Source of the DNA: Callorhinchus milii
Taxonomy: Eukaryota
Assembly (NCBI RefSeq): GCF_018977255.1
Contig: NW_024705191.1
Coordinates: 1-63,722, forward strand
Direction: 5' to 3'
Length of the DNA stretch: 63,722 nucleotides
Numbering within the stretch: the first letter of the stretch is position 1; each line of letters opens with the position of its first letter. The translations under genes and the position numbers were made by a program. Positions 41,070-52,249 of the stretch are shown here, one piece after another. The notes under the pieces were generated by a model that was not told the origin of the DNA, ran no database searches, and worked only from the letters and a program-made list of their open reading frames with translations.

Positions 41070-42588
41070 AATTTTTAACATGTCCAGTAGGGGCGGGTAA
41101 GAACGTTACAAGAACAAACAGTACAAAACACGATAGTATACAGAACCATGTAAACACGTCCACAAAATAGGCAAGCATTTGCAACCACAGCTCATCGGTG
41201 AAAACGGTCAGAAAAACACAAACTTAATTTCACTTAAGAAAAATGTGCGTCTCAGAATGGAGTTCAAACAGGCGGGCCAACAACACCTTGCCACTTCAAG
41301 TATGCAGAAGACGCTTTTCGTGGTCGGTCCCCATTTCGTTGCACAAAAGAGAAAATAACCGTGAATTTGAGGTGGCCGTGCTTTTACGACATTGACCACA
41401 TTTATGCTCCCTGAATTAAAATTACCTTGAGGTTGGCAGGCATTGTTTGGTTGCTAGAGCCTCACGATGTATACTGCAGTGTGTGAATTTGGTAGTGGGT
41501 GCAACTTCTATTACTTGTGCCAGAACTCCTCCTGACTTGCTAGTCATAACTAGAGCCCCATTAGGTGCCCACACCAATGCATTTTTGCCACTGTAGTCCG
41601 TTCTTGTTCATCAGGTTATCCAGTTTCTTGAATATCTCTTCTGATGTTGTACGACTTGACAAAAGCTTCACAAAATAAAAATAAACTTTCTTTAACTTCC
41701 ATATCTGCTTCAAACTTTACATATGCAAGAATTTCAGCAACAATTTGCCCTCTCATCTGATTGCAATGAAAACTACTTGCTTTTCTCGATGTTTTCAATT
41801 CGCTTTTTCTTTTACTTGACAAGTCATATCTAAAATTGTTCTTGACACTGTTGTTCGACAAAGGAACAACGTCCAACTTGCCTTGCAGCGTCCTCTCCAA
41901 GAACGGATGAAGCAACACATCTCTTGCAGTTAGAAGCACCGGGGTATCACCTTGTGTGTGTGCATTCCCCATCTGAGCAATCCTTAAAATTACTTCAAGC
42001 GACCCAAAGCTCTTGCATTAACACCACTTCGAGTGGTTTTGTTTTCTCACCCGTCTTGGATACTTGCTGAGTTTTTTTAATCAAGAGCTTTATCTTTGGG
42101 AGAGTTATGCTTTGTATGAAGAAATTTCTGCTGGAGAAGTGGAAGGTTTTCATGTGGTGGCTTGCAAGGGATTCATAGCTATTACCATTACGAATCAAAG
42201 CATAGTTAATAAATGCCAACTCTTGTTAAGATTCATTGTATTCTGGATCGAGTTATTGGCATTCGTTCAGTCGCCGGTAAAGCACGTTTAAAACATCCAC
42301 ATTGGTGTCCCATAAAAAAAATAGAGGGGATTACTTGGGAGAGAAAATTGGACCGAATTACTCACTCTCCCATATTAAAAATGAGCAACCGTCATAAGAA
42401 CGAGTTCCGTTTCCTCACCACTCCAAGTAATTCTGAATGCCAAACAACTGGCATCATATATTCTGGTAACTTCGCGCATACCCAACTGTTGTAGCAGCAG
42501 GACATGTTTCAGAACTGCCAGCGGGCCCTCCTCACTTAATCCAGTGGCATGAGCTGGCACGACTTTCCGGAAAATCAAAGGGTTTTTT

Positions 42589-42994
42589 AAATCCTTTATA
42601 TTAAGTTCGCTTGCTTGCTTGCTTGCTTACGACCGTGCAAATCTTTCGGTCGTTTTTTATTTAAATCCTTTATATTAAGTTCGCTTGCTTGCTTGCTTGC
42701 GCACTTACGATCGTGCAAATCTTTTGGTCGTTTTTTACCCACTTCCCGTGATCCAATCGAGCTGACATTTTCCACACAGACTCGTTGTGCGTGACAATAT
42801 AATTTTCGTGAAAAAAATTTTCCAAAATTTTACACTTTTTAGGAACAAAAAATTATATGTAATTACCAATTGCTTAATGGTGCCAAGCAATCATCTGACC
42901 CATAGGTGGCAGCCATCTCAAGCCAGAGGACGAGAGGACTCTAGCCGCCACTCATATAAAGGATTTATAGTGAAAAACTTTGTTTTTACGGGTT
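42589..42994 (+). mobile_element. Helentron/DINE-1-like element (partial 5' duplicate plus full copy 42663-42994)
   Basis: Same subTIRs, microsatellite and 3' hairpin as 40115-40431. Confidence 0.75.
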
Positions 42995-43380
42995 AATTTT
43001 TTGTTTCCGTGTGGTTTCTCTTCAGAGACGTTGCAGTCAGCCACCTCTCCATTAGTATATTACTTGTATTGAACACTACAGGAGCTCAGGCGAAATACAA
43101 ATCAAATCACCCTCACGCGGTACCTGTGTGTTTCGCTGTGTTTGTCTGTCTCCATGTACAGCACTCGTCTGTCTCTCTGTATGCGGTCAGTCTCCGTGAC
43201 CAGTATCCGTGTCTGCTGTGTTTTGTCTTGCTGTCTGCCTCCCTGTTTGTCTCTGATTCGTGATTAACCAAAAAGCGGTCAATCTTTACATGAAAAATCA
43301 ACAAATCTTCAACTTCTGTGTAAAACACGTGCTCAGCAACGTGCCAGGAGCGCTGATAATCTGTCTGCGTGCCACTAGTG

Positions 43381-43712
43381 CAAGGGTGGGAACGTCCGGT
43401 CCACAGACCGTATAAGGCCCGCGAAAAAATTTGGTGTGGCCCTGCCAAGGCAACCGCAGGCGGGACTCGAAATTCAATCAAGCTAGGAGCAAACCTGGAA
43501 AAGCAGTTGCGAGTAGCAGCATCATCAATACCAGCTAACATCACACGCCTCACCAAAGAGAAGCAGTTCCAGCCATCACATTAGCTGTGAGTTAATTAAA
43601 TGTTTGACCAAATATAACAGGCTAATTGTTAAGTTGATAATTTTGTATGGCCCGCGAATGATGTTATAAATATCCAAATGGCCCTTGGCAGAAAAAAGGT
43701 TCCCCACCCCTG
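43381..43712. mobile_element. hAT MITE
   Basis: TIRs caagggtgggaacgt / aggttccccacccctg. Perfect 8-bp TSD cactagtg at 43373-43380 and 43713-43720. Confidence 0.9.
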
Positions 43713-44002
43713 CACTAGTGGTACACGTGCCACAGTTTGGCAACCCTTGGCCTCGAGTTTCCTGATGGGAGCACACACGGTTCTATTTAATGCAACTTAC
43801 GTGCACAAACGTTAAGTACAATTTGGATTTGTAAAGCGTCTCTAAGAAAATCCTTCCCCATGTTGCTACAAATGGGGGTTATGCACGTCGAGAGGGTGTA
43901 GAAGGCTGCTGATGGTAATTACAAAAAAATATAGAGGGTCATTTTTGAGGACAGCGGGTTAATAGTAAGGGAGAGGGAAGACGAAAGTGTACAACTACAG
44001 TC

Positions 44003-45151
44003 ACTGGCGGAGCCAGTGGGGGGGAGGGGGGTGTCACGTGCCCCCCCCCCCCCAATTATCCGATCGAAATCCCTAATTTCGATCAGATCCATTGGGGTTT
44101 ATTAGTAATAAATTGGCATTTTGCGACCCCCACTGCCACTATGTAGCATATTATATGCCAAGGACTCTATGAGATGATAGGACGATAGTCTGAGTCCATA
44201 ATTGGCAATAAGTAACGGAAAAGCAGTTATAAGTGACTCACAGAATTGTGCGCAGTTGCGTAAACAGTACACGACTTCCCTGAAGGCAAACACCTTCAGC
44301 GAGCGCGATGCCGATCACACATGGGTCGAATTCGACCCTCGATCAATGGCTGCGCCATCGCCGCACATGCATCGAATAAAAAGCAAGGGACAAGTCTTTA
44401 CTATTGTAGTATTGTAAATAACAGATGAATAAACTCCTTTAAGGCACGCACTGGTTTATTGTCTTTCTTTAGACACAGTCCCTACACACACGGAGGGATA
44501 TACGGTTCCCTTACTCGTAGCCTAAGGAGGTACAGCCTCCGTACATTGCGGACCTATACACAGGTCTGGCTGCGAGCCTAGGGAGGTACAGCCTCCGAAC
44601 TGGCGGGAGCTATTCTCAGTCTACCGCTACCCAAGCGTCCTCCGGCTGGGACCTAGGGGAGGCTAGCTTGACCCACCACTGGCTCGGTGGGTCCACTGAC
44701 CACTGGTCGCGCAGAGCCTTAGCTCTTAGAAGAGCTGCAAGGCTTGGTCCAGGGTCCTAGCTTCTTCAGCCCGGCTTCGGTATTCGTGTGAGGAGAACTC
44801 CCACGCGCTCCCCGCACTCGCCCTTTTATACCCGTTTGTAACGGTCTTTATCCAATCCCACGCTCCCTCGTGGAACCCTCTGATTGGTTCTTTACAATCC
44901 GTGGTTTCGATCCTCTTTTACCTCATCTGACCCCTGGTCGTTGGTCTGGCGGGAATCTGTGTTTACGATCCGCTCTCACCTCTCCCTGACCCCAGCCGTT
45001 GGTCCCAGAGCGGTAACACTGCATTGACCCTCTTGATACATAGTGGCCCCGCAGGTTACCGAATAGAGTGTTTAGCACCTCTACACTAACAACTCCTATC
45101 ATTTTTCATTGCTGGAGGGGTTGCCCCCCGACCTGAATATTCCTGGTTCCG
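44003..45151. mobile_element. Possible degenerate PIF/Harbinger-like MITE hosting the solo LTR
   Basis: Ends actggcggagccag+G-run and C-run...cctggttccg. Only a partial TIR match and no TSD. Confidence 0.3.
44405..45085 (-). mobile_element. Solo LTR (probably Gypsy-type)
   Basis: TGTAG...CTACA inverted termini with flanks ctat/ctaa (imperfect 4-bp TSD). On the minus strand, CCAAT motifs (44852-44887), TATAAAA (44824-44830) and AATAAA (44455-44460) occur in U3-R-U5 order. Confidence 0.75.
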
Positions 45152-45708
45152 GAATATTCTGAAGTGAAGGATCGGTGAGAATGGCCATAGATAAAGACGG
45201 ACGTAATCATTGATTTACACAGCGGTAGGGGCATTATTCACCGTGCAGCCAGCAAGGTGGACGACGTTCCAAGGTGGCAGGTGCAGGGGAAGAGGAGCAG
45301 CCTGCCATGGCTCAACGGTGGTTGTAATGACTCAGTGAACGCTAAAACATCCCATTGAGCTGACTGCAAGAGACCATGTGCCAGGAGCAGCACAGGCAGA
45401 TGAGCAGCGTGGGGGCAGTGAGACGCGGCTGATTGTGGACTGCATTGGAATCCATTGTAGGGTCTCAGATATTGGAGCGATCGGTGAGAAATGTGGTGGC
45501 AGCATTGTGGATTATTTTGAGTTTGAAGCCGACTTAATTTACTGATTCCAGGAAATTCTGACATTCACAACATGGCATGTTGTAAACAATAAATGCATGA
45601 TCGTATTGCCATAGTTCTTGATCTTGGTGGGTTTTAGTTACAATTGTAATGTTTTTATTATTAATCTGTATTAATATCATTAGGACGCTGTCTTTCCGAC
45701 AGCTCTGT

Positions 45709-45857
45709 TTCTTCACCTGAGGACGGCTGATTGCGTTGTGGCCGAAACGTCGTGAGAATTATATTTAATTATTTACTATTTTATTATTTCCCTTCTACGT
45801 GACTTTACCGAAAGAACCAAGAATATGAATCCCTGCAGTCACGAAAGCTTTAAATCG
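45709..45857 (+). mobile_element. Penelope-like pLTR fragment with hammerhead and tail
   Basis: ttcttcacCTGAGGAcggctgattgcgttgtggccGAAACGTCgtgagaa...tccctgcagtcacgaaagctttaaatcg. Confidence 0.82.
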
Positions 45858-45892
45858 GCTTTATATCAGTCGAAAAAGTGTCTGTCTCTCTC

Positions 45893-46078
45893 TCTCCCCG
45901 TGGTCGCGTGGACTTTTCTCCGAGCCCTCCAGTTTTTCTCTCCACATTTAGTAAAATGCCTTTAGAGTATTTGGCTGCTATAAATTTCACATGATCAGCC
46001 ACACTTCGTTGAGCTATCATTTGTGGCGAGGTCGTTTCTGAAAAAGAGCTATATAGCTCAGTAGGCCTTACCTAGTAA
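45893..46078 (+). mobile_element. 5'-truncated V-SINE
   Basis: V-domain plus tail ctcagtaggccttacctagtaa; homologous to the copies at 30908 and 57255. Confidence 0.75.
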
Positions 46079-46273
46079 CATTTCTTTAAAATTATTTAGT
46101 TTGTACAGGTATCGGAATGGCTTTTCCCAATAATTTAATAATGTACTGTACTAGGGTGCGTTTCGTACAGTCTTTCCAACTCTACTCCTTACCTAAAAAA
46201 ATACACCTATATCACTTTTCACAACACAAACATAATAATAAAGAACATACACATTCAAACGATTGAACGATAA

Positions 46274-46424
46274 ATTTAGATTTTTCTAATTTTCTTGCTG
46301 TGGATTTCACACCTGATAATTGCTTGTGTTGCAGTCGAAACGTCTTGAGAATTTTTATTGTTTTATATTTATATTATTTTATTATTTCCCTTCTACGTGA
46401 CTTTACCGAAAGAACCAAGAATAT
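46274..46424 (+). mobile_element. Degenerate Penelope-like pLTR copy without tail
   Basis: 3' part matches the family; hammerhead is degenerate. Flanked by a 13-bp direct repeat gattgaacgataa (46261-46273 and 46425-46437). Confidence 0.75.
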
Positions 46425-46689
46425 GATTGAACGATAATTCATTTTAAACAAAAATAATGAACCCTTTCAGCCAATTCATCAAAAGATCTGCTTCATGTTG
46501 GAATGCCTGGAGAGGCGATGTGGAGGCGTTGCTGCTGTTGCGCTGCAGAGACACCGTGACGCCGTCGCGGATGGATGGCGACGCAGCCCTCCCGTGTGGC
46601 TTCTCGTTCAATCTCCTTCTTGTCGTACGGCGGTGGATGTAGATGCAGAGCAACAGCTACAATTTCACATGCAGGTGGTCAAGCCAAGA

Positions 46690-47135
46690 TGATCGTTTCA
46701 GGAGCAGCGGAGTGTATCGCTGTTGTGTCTCATTTCGTATTTGTGGATCGGGGCATTGCGTCCTTATACGTTTCACGGTCTCTGTTCTGGATGACCACAG
46801 TCGCACATTACTGGAGAGTTTAAAATGTTCCATTCGTGCATCATCAGATATCCACCTCTACCGCCATGGTTTGCGCAGTGGATGTGGGTTAGGGTGGACC
46901 ATGCACTTCGTGGAAGATCAAACCCCAGGCATCTTCTGCGTTCGGTCTTTCACAAGGTGTTCGTTTGGGAGTTCTCTTGAACTCCTTTCAGTTCTCCAAG
47001 ATTCATCGGGGTTGAACTCGCGTTGTTGAAGGTTAAGCGCATGGGTCTATACGGGCAACAAATGCAGCTCTCACCCCGGTGCCTCAGCAATGGATTGCCA
47101 CGAGGTTCAGTACTGGCGCCAACGCTCTTCAGTGT
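46690..47135 (-). mobile_element. RTE-X-like LINE 3' fragment with an inverted RT piece
   Basis: Minus strand: LVKD.TQKMPG.DLPRSAWSTL...CDCGHPEQ. Plus strand 47035-47135: NGLPRGSVLAPTLF (RT motif GLPQGSVLAP). Confidence 0.7.
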
Positions 47136-47285
47136 CTCGTTGTTTGATGATCTCGTGGCGAGCGCCGCAGTGAAGTTTCGTTCACGCAGAAATTCGATTT
47201 CGTGAATCGAAAAGTGTCCGTAAGCTGTCAATTGCGTGAACGCGACATTTCGTAAAGCGAGCGTTTGCAAATCCAGGGATACCTC

Positions 47286-47508
47286 CAGAGGTGTGGACTC
47301 GAGTCATGTGACTTGGACTCGAGTCAGACTCGAGTCATGAATTTGATGACTTCAGACTCGACTTGGACTTGCATAACAATGACTTTGTCCCACCTCTGAG
47401 GTGTGGACTCGAGTCATGTGACTTGGACTCGAGTCAGACTCGAGTCATGAATTTGATGACTTCAGACTCGACTTGGACTTGCATAACAATGACTTTGTCC
47501 CACCTCTG
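47286..47508. mobile_element. Head-to-tail dimer of a hAT-Ac-type MITE
   Basis: 110-bp period. TIRs cagaggtgtggac / gtcccacctctg, GACTCGAG subterminal repeats, one perfect TSD gatacctc (47278-47285 and 47509-47516). Confidence 0.88.
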
Positions 47509-47834
47509 GATACCTCTATAATGTTTCAGAGGTTGCAGAGGCAAGGACCCTCCTCCTTCTGGCGCTGCGGGGTTCCAGTTCAAAACAAATTCACGTGATA
47601 CTGCAACAACTCAACATCACCGATATCTCCATCACATATGCCACAATTGCGAATGCCGTAACGAGGGCTCCATTATGTCTCAGGCCGTGAATGCGGCACG
47701 GTTTATTGCCCTACATCTGTGCAAGGATTTGATTTGTACGTGTTATTATTTACGCCACTAATTATTACTAGCAGGAAGCTGCGGAACTTCTGCGGTCGAG
47801 GGTGGCGAATATGGACGTTTTATCATAACTCCTC

Positions 47835-48530
47835 CACCTCACCAATGTCGCGTGACGTCATAACCCTCTCCTCACCACGCCCACGTCTCTTGACGTCATC
47901 ACTCCCTGTCATACACCTCACCCGTGTCGCGTGACGTCATAACCCTCTCCTCACCACGCCCACGTCTCTTGACGCCATCACTCCCTGTCATACACCTCAC
48001 CAATGTCGCGTGACGTCATAACCCTCTCCTCACCACGCCCACGTCTCTTGACGTCATCACTCCCTGTCATACACCTCACCCGTGTCGCGTGACGTCATAA
48101 CCCTCTCCTCACCACGCCCACGTCTCTTGACGTCATCACTCCCTGTCATACACCTCACCCGTGTCGCGTGACGTCATAACCCTCTCCTCACCACGCCCAC
48201 GTCTCTTGACGTCATCACTCCCTGTCATACACCTCACCCGTGTCGCGTGCCGTCACCTCCTCTCCTCAGCACCCCTGCGTGTGGTGACGTCACTCAATCT
48301 CACCAAAGCATCCGCAATCTCGCGTGACGTCCTCACGCCTCTCTGCACCAACTCACCAGTGTCGCTTGAAGTCATCACTCCCGTCTCCTCACCACCTTCT
48401 ATGTCCCGTGACGTCATACCCCCTTCCTCACAACATCACATCAATGTTTCGTGACGTCAGTACCCCTTTCTCCAAAAGCCCAGTGTCTCTGTGAGGTCAT
48501 CAGCCCCCCCCTCCACCTCACCAGTGTGGC
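47835..48530. repeat. 79-bp minisatellite (5 full copies plus degenerate tail), rich in TGACGTCA
   Basis: Unit starts at 47846, 47925, 48004, 48083, 48162 and 48241. Confidence 0.92.
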
Positions 48531-48610
48531 GTTATAACCCTACATGACTTTACCGAAAGAACCAAAGTGTGGCGTTATAACCCTACATGACTTTACCGAA
48601 AGAACCAAAG
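48523..48610. repeat. 43-bp tandem duplication containing a pLTR 3' fragment
   Basis: agtgtggcgttataaccctacatgactttaccgaaagaaccaa twice. Confidence 0.85.
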
Positions 48611-48643
48611 AGTAAATAAACATCTTAAAGTGAAATAAATATA

Positions 48644-48948
48644 GACAACACGTTCTACTTAATTAAATAGACTTTTTTCAATAATTTTTTCTCCTACAAC
48701 ATGTGACGTCATATTTGACAACACGTTCTACTTAATTAAATATACTTTTTCATAATTTTTTTCTCCTACAACATGTGACGTCATATTTGACAACACGTTC
48801 TACTTAATTAAATAGACTTTTTTCAATAATTTTTTCTCCTACAACATGTGACGTCATATTTGAGAGGGGGGTCCTGACTTTTTGTGACGACCGGGGGGGG
48901 GGTCAAAAATCGTCCCAAATCGCGTGACATCATTTATGGACGGCCCCT
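48644..48948. mobile_element. Truncated Harbinger-like MITE with an internal 72-73-bp repeat (3 copies)
   Basis: Units start at 48644, 48717 and 48789. Terminus atttatggacggcccct (reverse complement AGGGGCCGTCCATAAAT). Confidence 0.65.
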
Positions 48949-49247
48949 TGTTAATAATCATGAACGGCTGACCTCACTCCATAGTGGGTACCCCCCGCGT
49001 CATAACGATGACGTAACTCCACAAGCAGAAAGGTGGAGCGGAGACTTACATTTGTTTAGGTATAATTGCTTGCACTTTGCCACTATTATAAAGTAATCTA
49101 CACGTCACCTGATGTAGCGTGCCAAAAACGTCTGTGTGTGTCTTCTGTGCGTCACGTCATAAATGCGTCGCTGCAGGAAGTTGGAGCGATTATTTCTGCT
49201 TTTGTAATGCCAATTCACCCATCTTTATACAGAGTTAACCATTACAT

Positions 49248-51871
49248 CACGGGTGTCCAACTTTTTGCAAAGAGGGCCAAATTTGATCAAGTGAAGATGC
49301 CCGGGGCAAATAGTTCCTTCTGAAATTTTTTTAACCACAAAAGTTACGTGAAAATACACACTGTTATAAAAAAAATTCATTGTCACAATTACCTTTATTT
49401 TTCAAATGACAATGTAACCAAATATAAGCTACTCAGGCAGACGTGAACAACTCTAAAAACACAATTCTGCCTTTCATTCAGTCAGATAACATTGAACAAA
49501 CTGTATAGAATACCTTAAATTTCCATGAGTTAAATATCTTTGCCTCATGAACATTTTAAACAGGAGTTATAAGTAATGCAAAGTGGTCTGTTATCATTAA
49601 ACTTTAAAACAAGTGAATTTTGCCCTTGTCTTTTACAAGATCTTTCAGAAAGCAATAGTTTGTGTCACATCTACAGGTACATAACATCAACAGTTATAAC
49701 CAAATCTTATTCAAGAGTTTAATAAAACAAGTGCCATAAGTCCAAGTGCATTAGTGTGCTTTAGGCTTTTCACTGTTAATAGTGACAGATGTTACCGTTC
49801 AAAACACTCAATTTCAGATTGATCAAGGAACAGATAACTTGCTGACACTAATGAGAAGGGTGATACTGAGATCTAGATTTCAGTAAAGAGACCAGGTCTG
49901 GCTTGAGGGCAGTGGTTGAGATGCGTAAAATGTCACGCAAGTGGGAGTCACTCATCCTTGACCTCAATCGGTTCTTGTTTAAGTTCATGACTGAGAATGT
50001 TTGCTCACACAAATATGTGGAGCCGAATAAGCTCAGCATTTTCTTAGCGAATGACCGCATTTCTGGAAACCTGCTTTTGTCCAGCTGCCGGTAAAAGTCA
50101 ACAAGAGAACACTGCTGGTGTTTTCCGCGGCACTCATCGTCACACTGCAGCTCAATGAGCTCCAGCTGCAGCTGTGGAGGAGCATCATCAGGGTCCACGG
50201 AGAAGGGAGAAGAGAAAAGCAACATGTCCTTTTCAATAACTGCAAAGTCCCGAAAGCGTTTGTTAAATTCCACAGAAAGAGATGCGATAGCTGTTGCATA
50301 ACTCTTCATTTGCGCACCGATGTTGTCCTGTGGGAAACTGTCAATGACCTCTTTCAAAGCTGGGAAGTGCGCAGTGCAGGGCTCTGTTTGGGACAAGTGT
50401 CTTTGGAAAAGTTGCAGTTTGGTTCCAAAGGCCTTGATGTGAGCGTATAGCTGGCTCACCACTGCATCTTTTCCTTGAAGATTAACATTCAGCGCATTCA
50501 GATGCTTCGTTATGTCAGCCAGATTTGCCAGCCATACAGGATCGGACAGTTCTTCCATTGGTTGTCCCTTCTCACCCAAAAAATGTCCAATTTCCTCTTT
50601 GAGAGAGAAAAATCGCTGCAGTGCGGACCCCCGACTTAGCCACCTCACATCGTTGTGATATATTACGTCACCGTATTCAGCCTGGATGTCACGCAAGAAC
50701 TGCTGAAACTGTCGGTGGTATAGAGCTTTAGAGCGAATAGAATTGATTGCCTTTGCCACTGGTTTCATAACATCGTCAAATTTGAGATGTTTGGCGCAGA
50801 GAGCCTGCTGGTGAATGATACAGTGAAGTTTAATAGCGTTGCCTGCTTCTTCGCTGACTTTATTGCAGATCAGTGTGGACAATCCACTTCGCTCACCAGC
50901 CATGGCAGGTGCACCATCGGTAATGATCCCAGAAACTTTACTCCATGGTAGTTTCATATCATCAACAGCTTCACAAACAGAAACGAATAAATCTGTTCCT
51001 CTGGTTTGCCCTTTAAGGCTTTTGAGGTCAAGCAGCTCCTCTGTCACGTTCATGTTGTCATCAACTCCTCTTAAAAAATAAGTAGTTGTGCAGTGTCAGA
51101 TGCATCGGTGCTTTCATCGCAGGCTAATGAGAAATAATCAAAAGCCACTCCCCTGTCCCCAGTTGTCTCTGAATATCTGACGATATGTCCTCAACTCTCC
51201 GTGCCACAGTGTTGCGTGCCAGGCAAACATTCATAAATTCTTGCTTCTTCTCGGGGCAAATGTTCTCCACCATTTTCATGACACAGTCTTTGATAAACGC
51301 ACCTTCAGTAAAAGGTTTGCCATGTTTAGCTATTAACATGGCCACTTCGTAGCTGGCTTTGGTGATGTTTTCCTTTGACTCACAGGCCCGCGTGAAGAAT
51401 CGCTGTTGCGATGCCAGAGCAGCGGAGTTGCTTCACTTTTTCAGCGCGGTCACTCCCTGTTAGCTTGTCGTATGTTGTAGCATGTTTAGTCTCGTAGTGT
51501 CTCTTTACGTTGAAATCCTTAAACAAGGCAACCGTCTCTTTACAAATTAGACAAACACAATTGCCTCGATTTTCAGTGAAGAAGTATTGTAATTCCCACC
51601 GCTCCTGAAAGCGGCGGCCCTCACTGTCAACTTTTCTCTTTTTTTTTGCAGTCGCCATGGCAGAAAATTCGAGAAGGGTTCGCGGCACAGATGCAGAGCC
51701 AGATAGCATTAGAATGGTGCTGCCACCGTGTGCTGAAAGGAGGAATTACATCTTTAAACGTTTATGATTTATTTATTCTGACAAAGCTAGCGAGCCATAA
51801 ATAACAAATTATAATACCGAAGCTGCGGGCCGTATGAAATCTGACCGCGGGCCGTACTTTGGACATGCCTG
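49248..51871 (-). mobile_element. Full-length hAT (Buster/Charlie) DNA transposon
   Basis: TIRs cacgggtgtccaa / ttggacatgcctg. Perfect 8-bp TSD cattacat (49240-49247 and 51872-51879). 2624 bp long. Confidence 0.93.
49848..51658 (-). pseudogene. Frameshifted hAT transposase (GTF2IRD2/EPM2AIP1-like, ~600 aa)
   Basis: MATAKKKRKVDSEGRRFQERW..CLIC..KRHYETKH; KPFTEG; TDGAPAM; HCIIHQ; VRWLSRG; FGSTYLCEQTFS. Split over three listed ORFs. Confidence 0.92.
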
Positions 51872-52249
51872 CATTACATTAATACAACGTCACATCGCAC
51901 TGCCTTTCCTGGCTTCGTTCCTTCTTCGTCACGTCTCACAAAAGGTAGGTCAACTTTACGCTTCCAAATTATGCTGAAGTCAAGTTTGTATGTTAAATCA
52001 ACATTTGTCAGCTGCTTTGCGGCCATTGACTCCAATTACAATTGCCTGCAACTCCGGCCAGCCAAAGCGGATAACGACGTCTCAGAGCAGTGCACCTAAA
52101 GTCTTTGAGTGTCTGTCTAATACAGTGGCACAGCGGCATTGCGCCAGCTGTTTCATCACATTGTTGCGTGCAACAATCTGCCATCACTGCAGTGCTGTAG
52201 TCTAATGCTGTGAGGTGATATTGGTAAAAAGACAAAATAATTTTTTAAA

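Larger units (their letters stand above)
39300..42300 (-). pseudogene. Degenerate Buster/Charlie-type hAT transposase (ZBED5/FAM200-like)
   Basis: Fragmented motifs across frames: PLSNNSV; ILAYVKF..ESLFLFC; WQKCIGV..GA.VMT.KSGG..QV.EVAP..KFTHCSIHREALA; VNVVKARP; NWIGDPF. Interrupted by the Helentron-like cluster. Confidence 0.8.
37493..43749 (-). mobile_element. Old full-length hAT (Buster/Charlie) transposon expanded by nested insertions
   Basis: Candidate TIRs cagcggttgccaaact (37493) and the reverse complement caagggttgccaaact (ending 43749), 14/16 identical. Degenerate 8-bp TSD tccaagag / gcctcgag. Contains transposase remnants; about 2.85 kb remains after removing nested elements. Confidence 0.6.

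Noticed and set aside
45135-45159. Hairpin gaatattcc/ggaatattc
   Set aside because: Single short stem at a degenerate MITE end; no function inferable.
47835-48860. Regularly spaced repeats as a possible CRISPR array
   Set aside because: No unique spacers, eukaryotic context and no cas genes; these are minisatellites.
49848-51053. 401-aa ORF as a domesticated GTF2IRD2-like host gene
   Set aside because: Sits inside TIRs and a TSD, and its N-terminus is frameshifted; it is a transposon copy.
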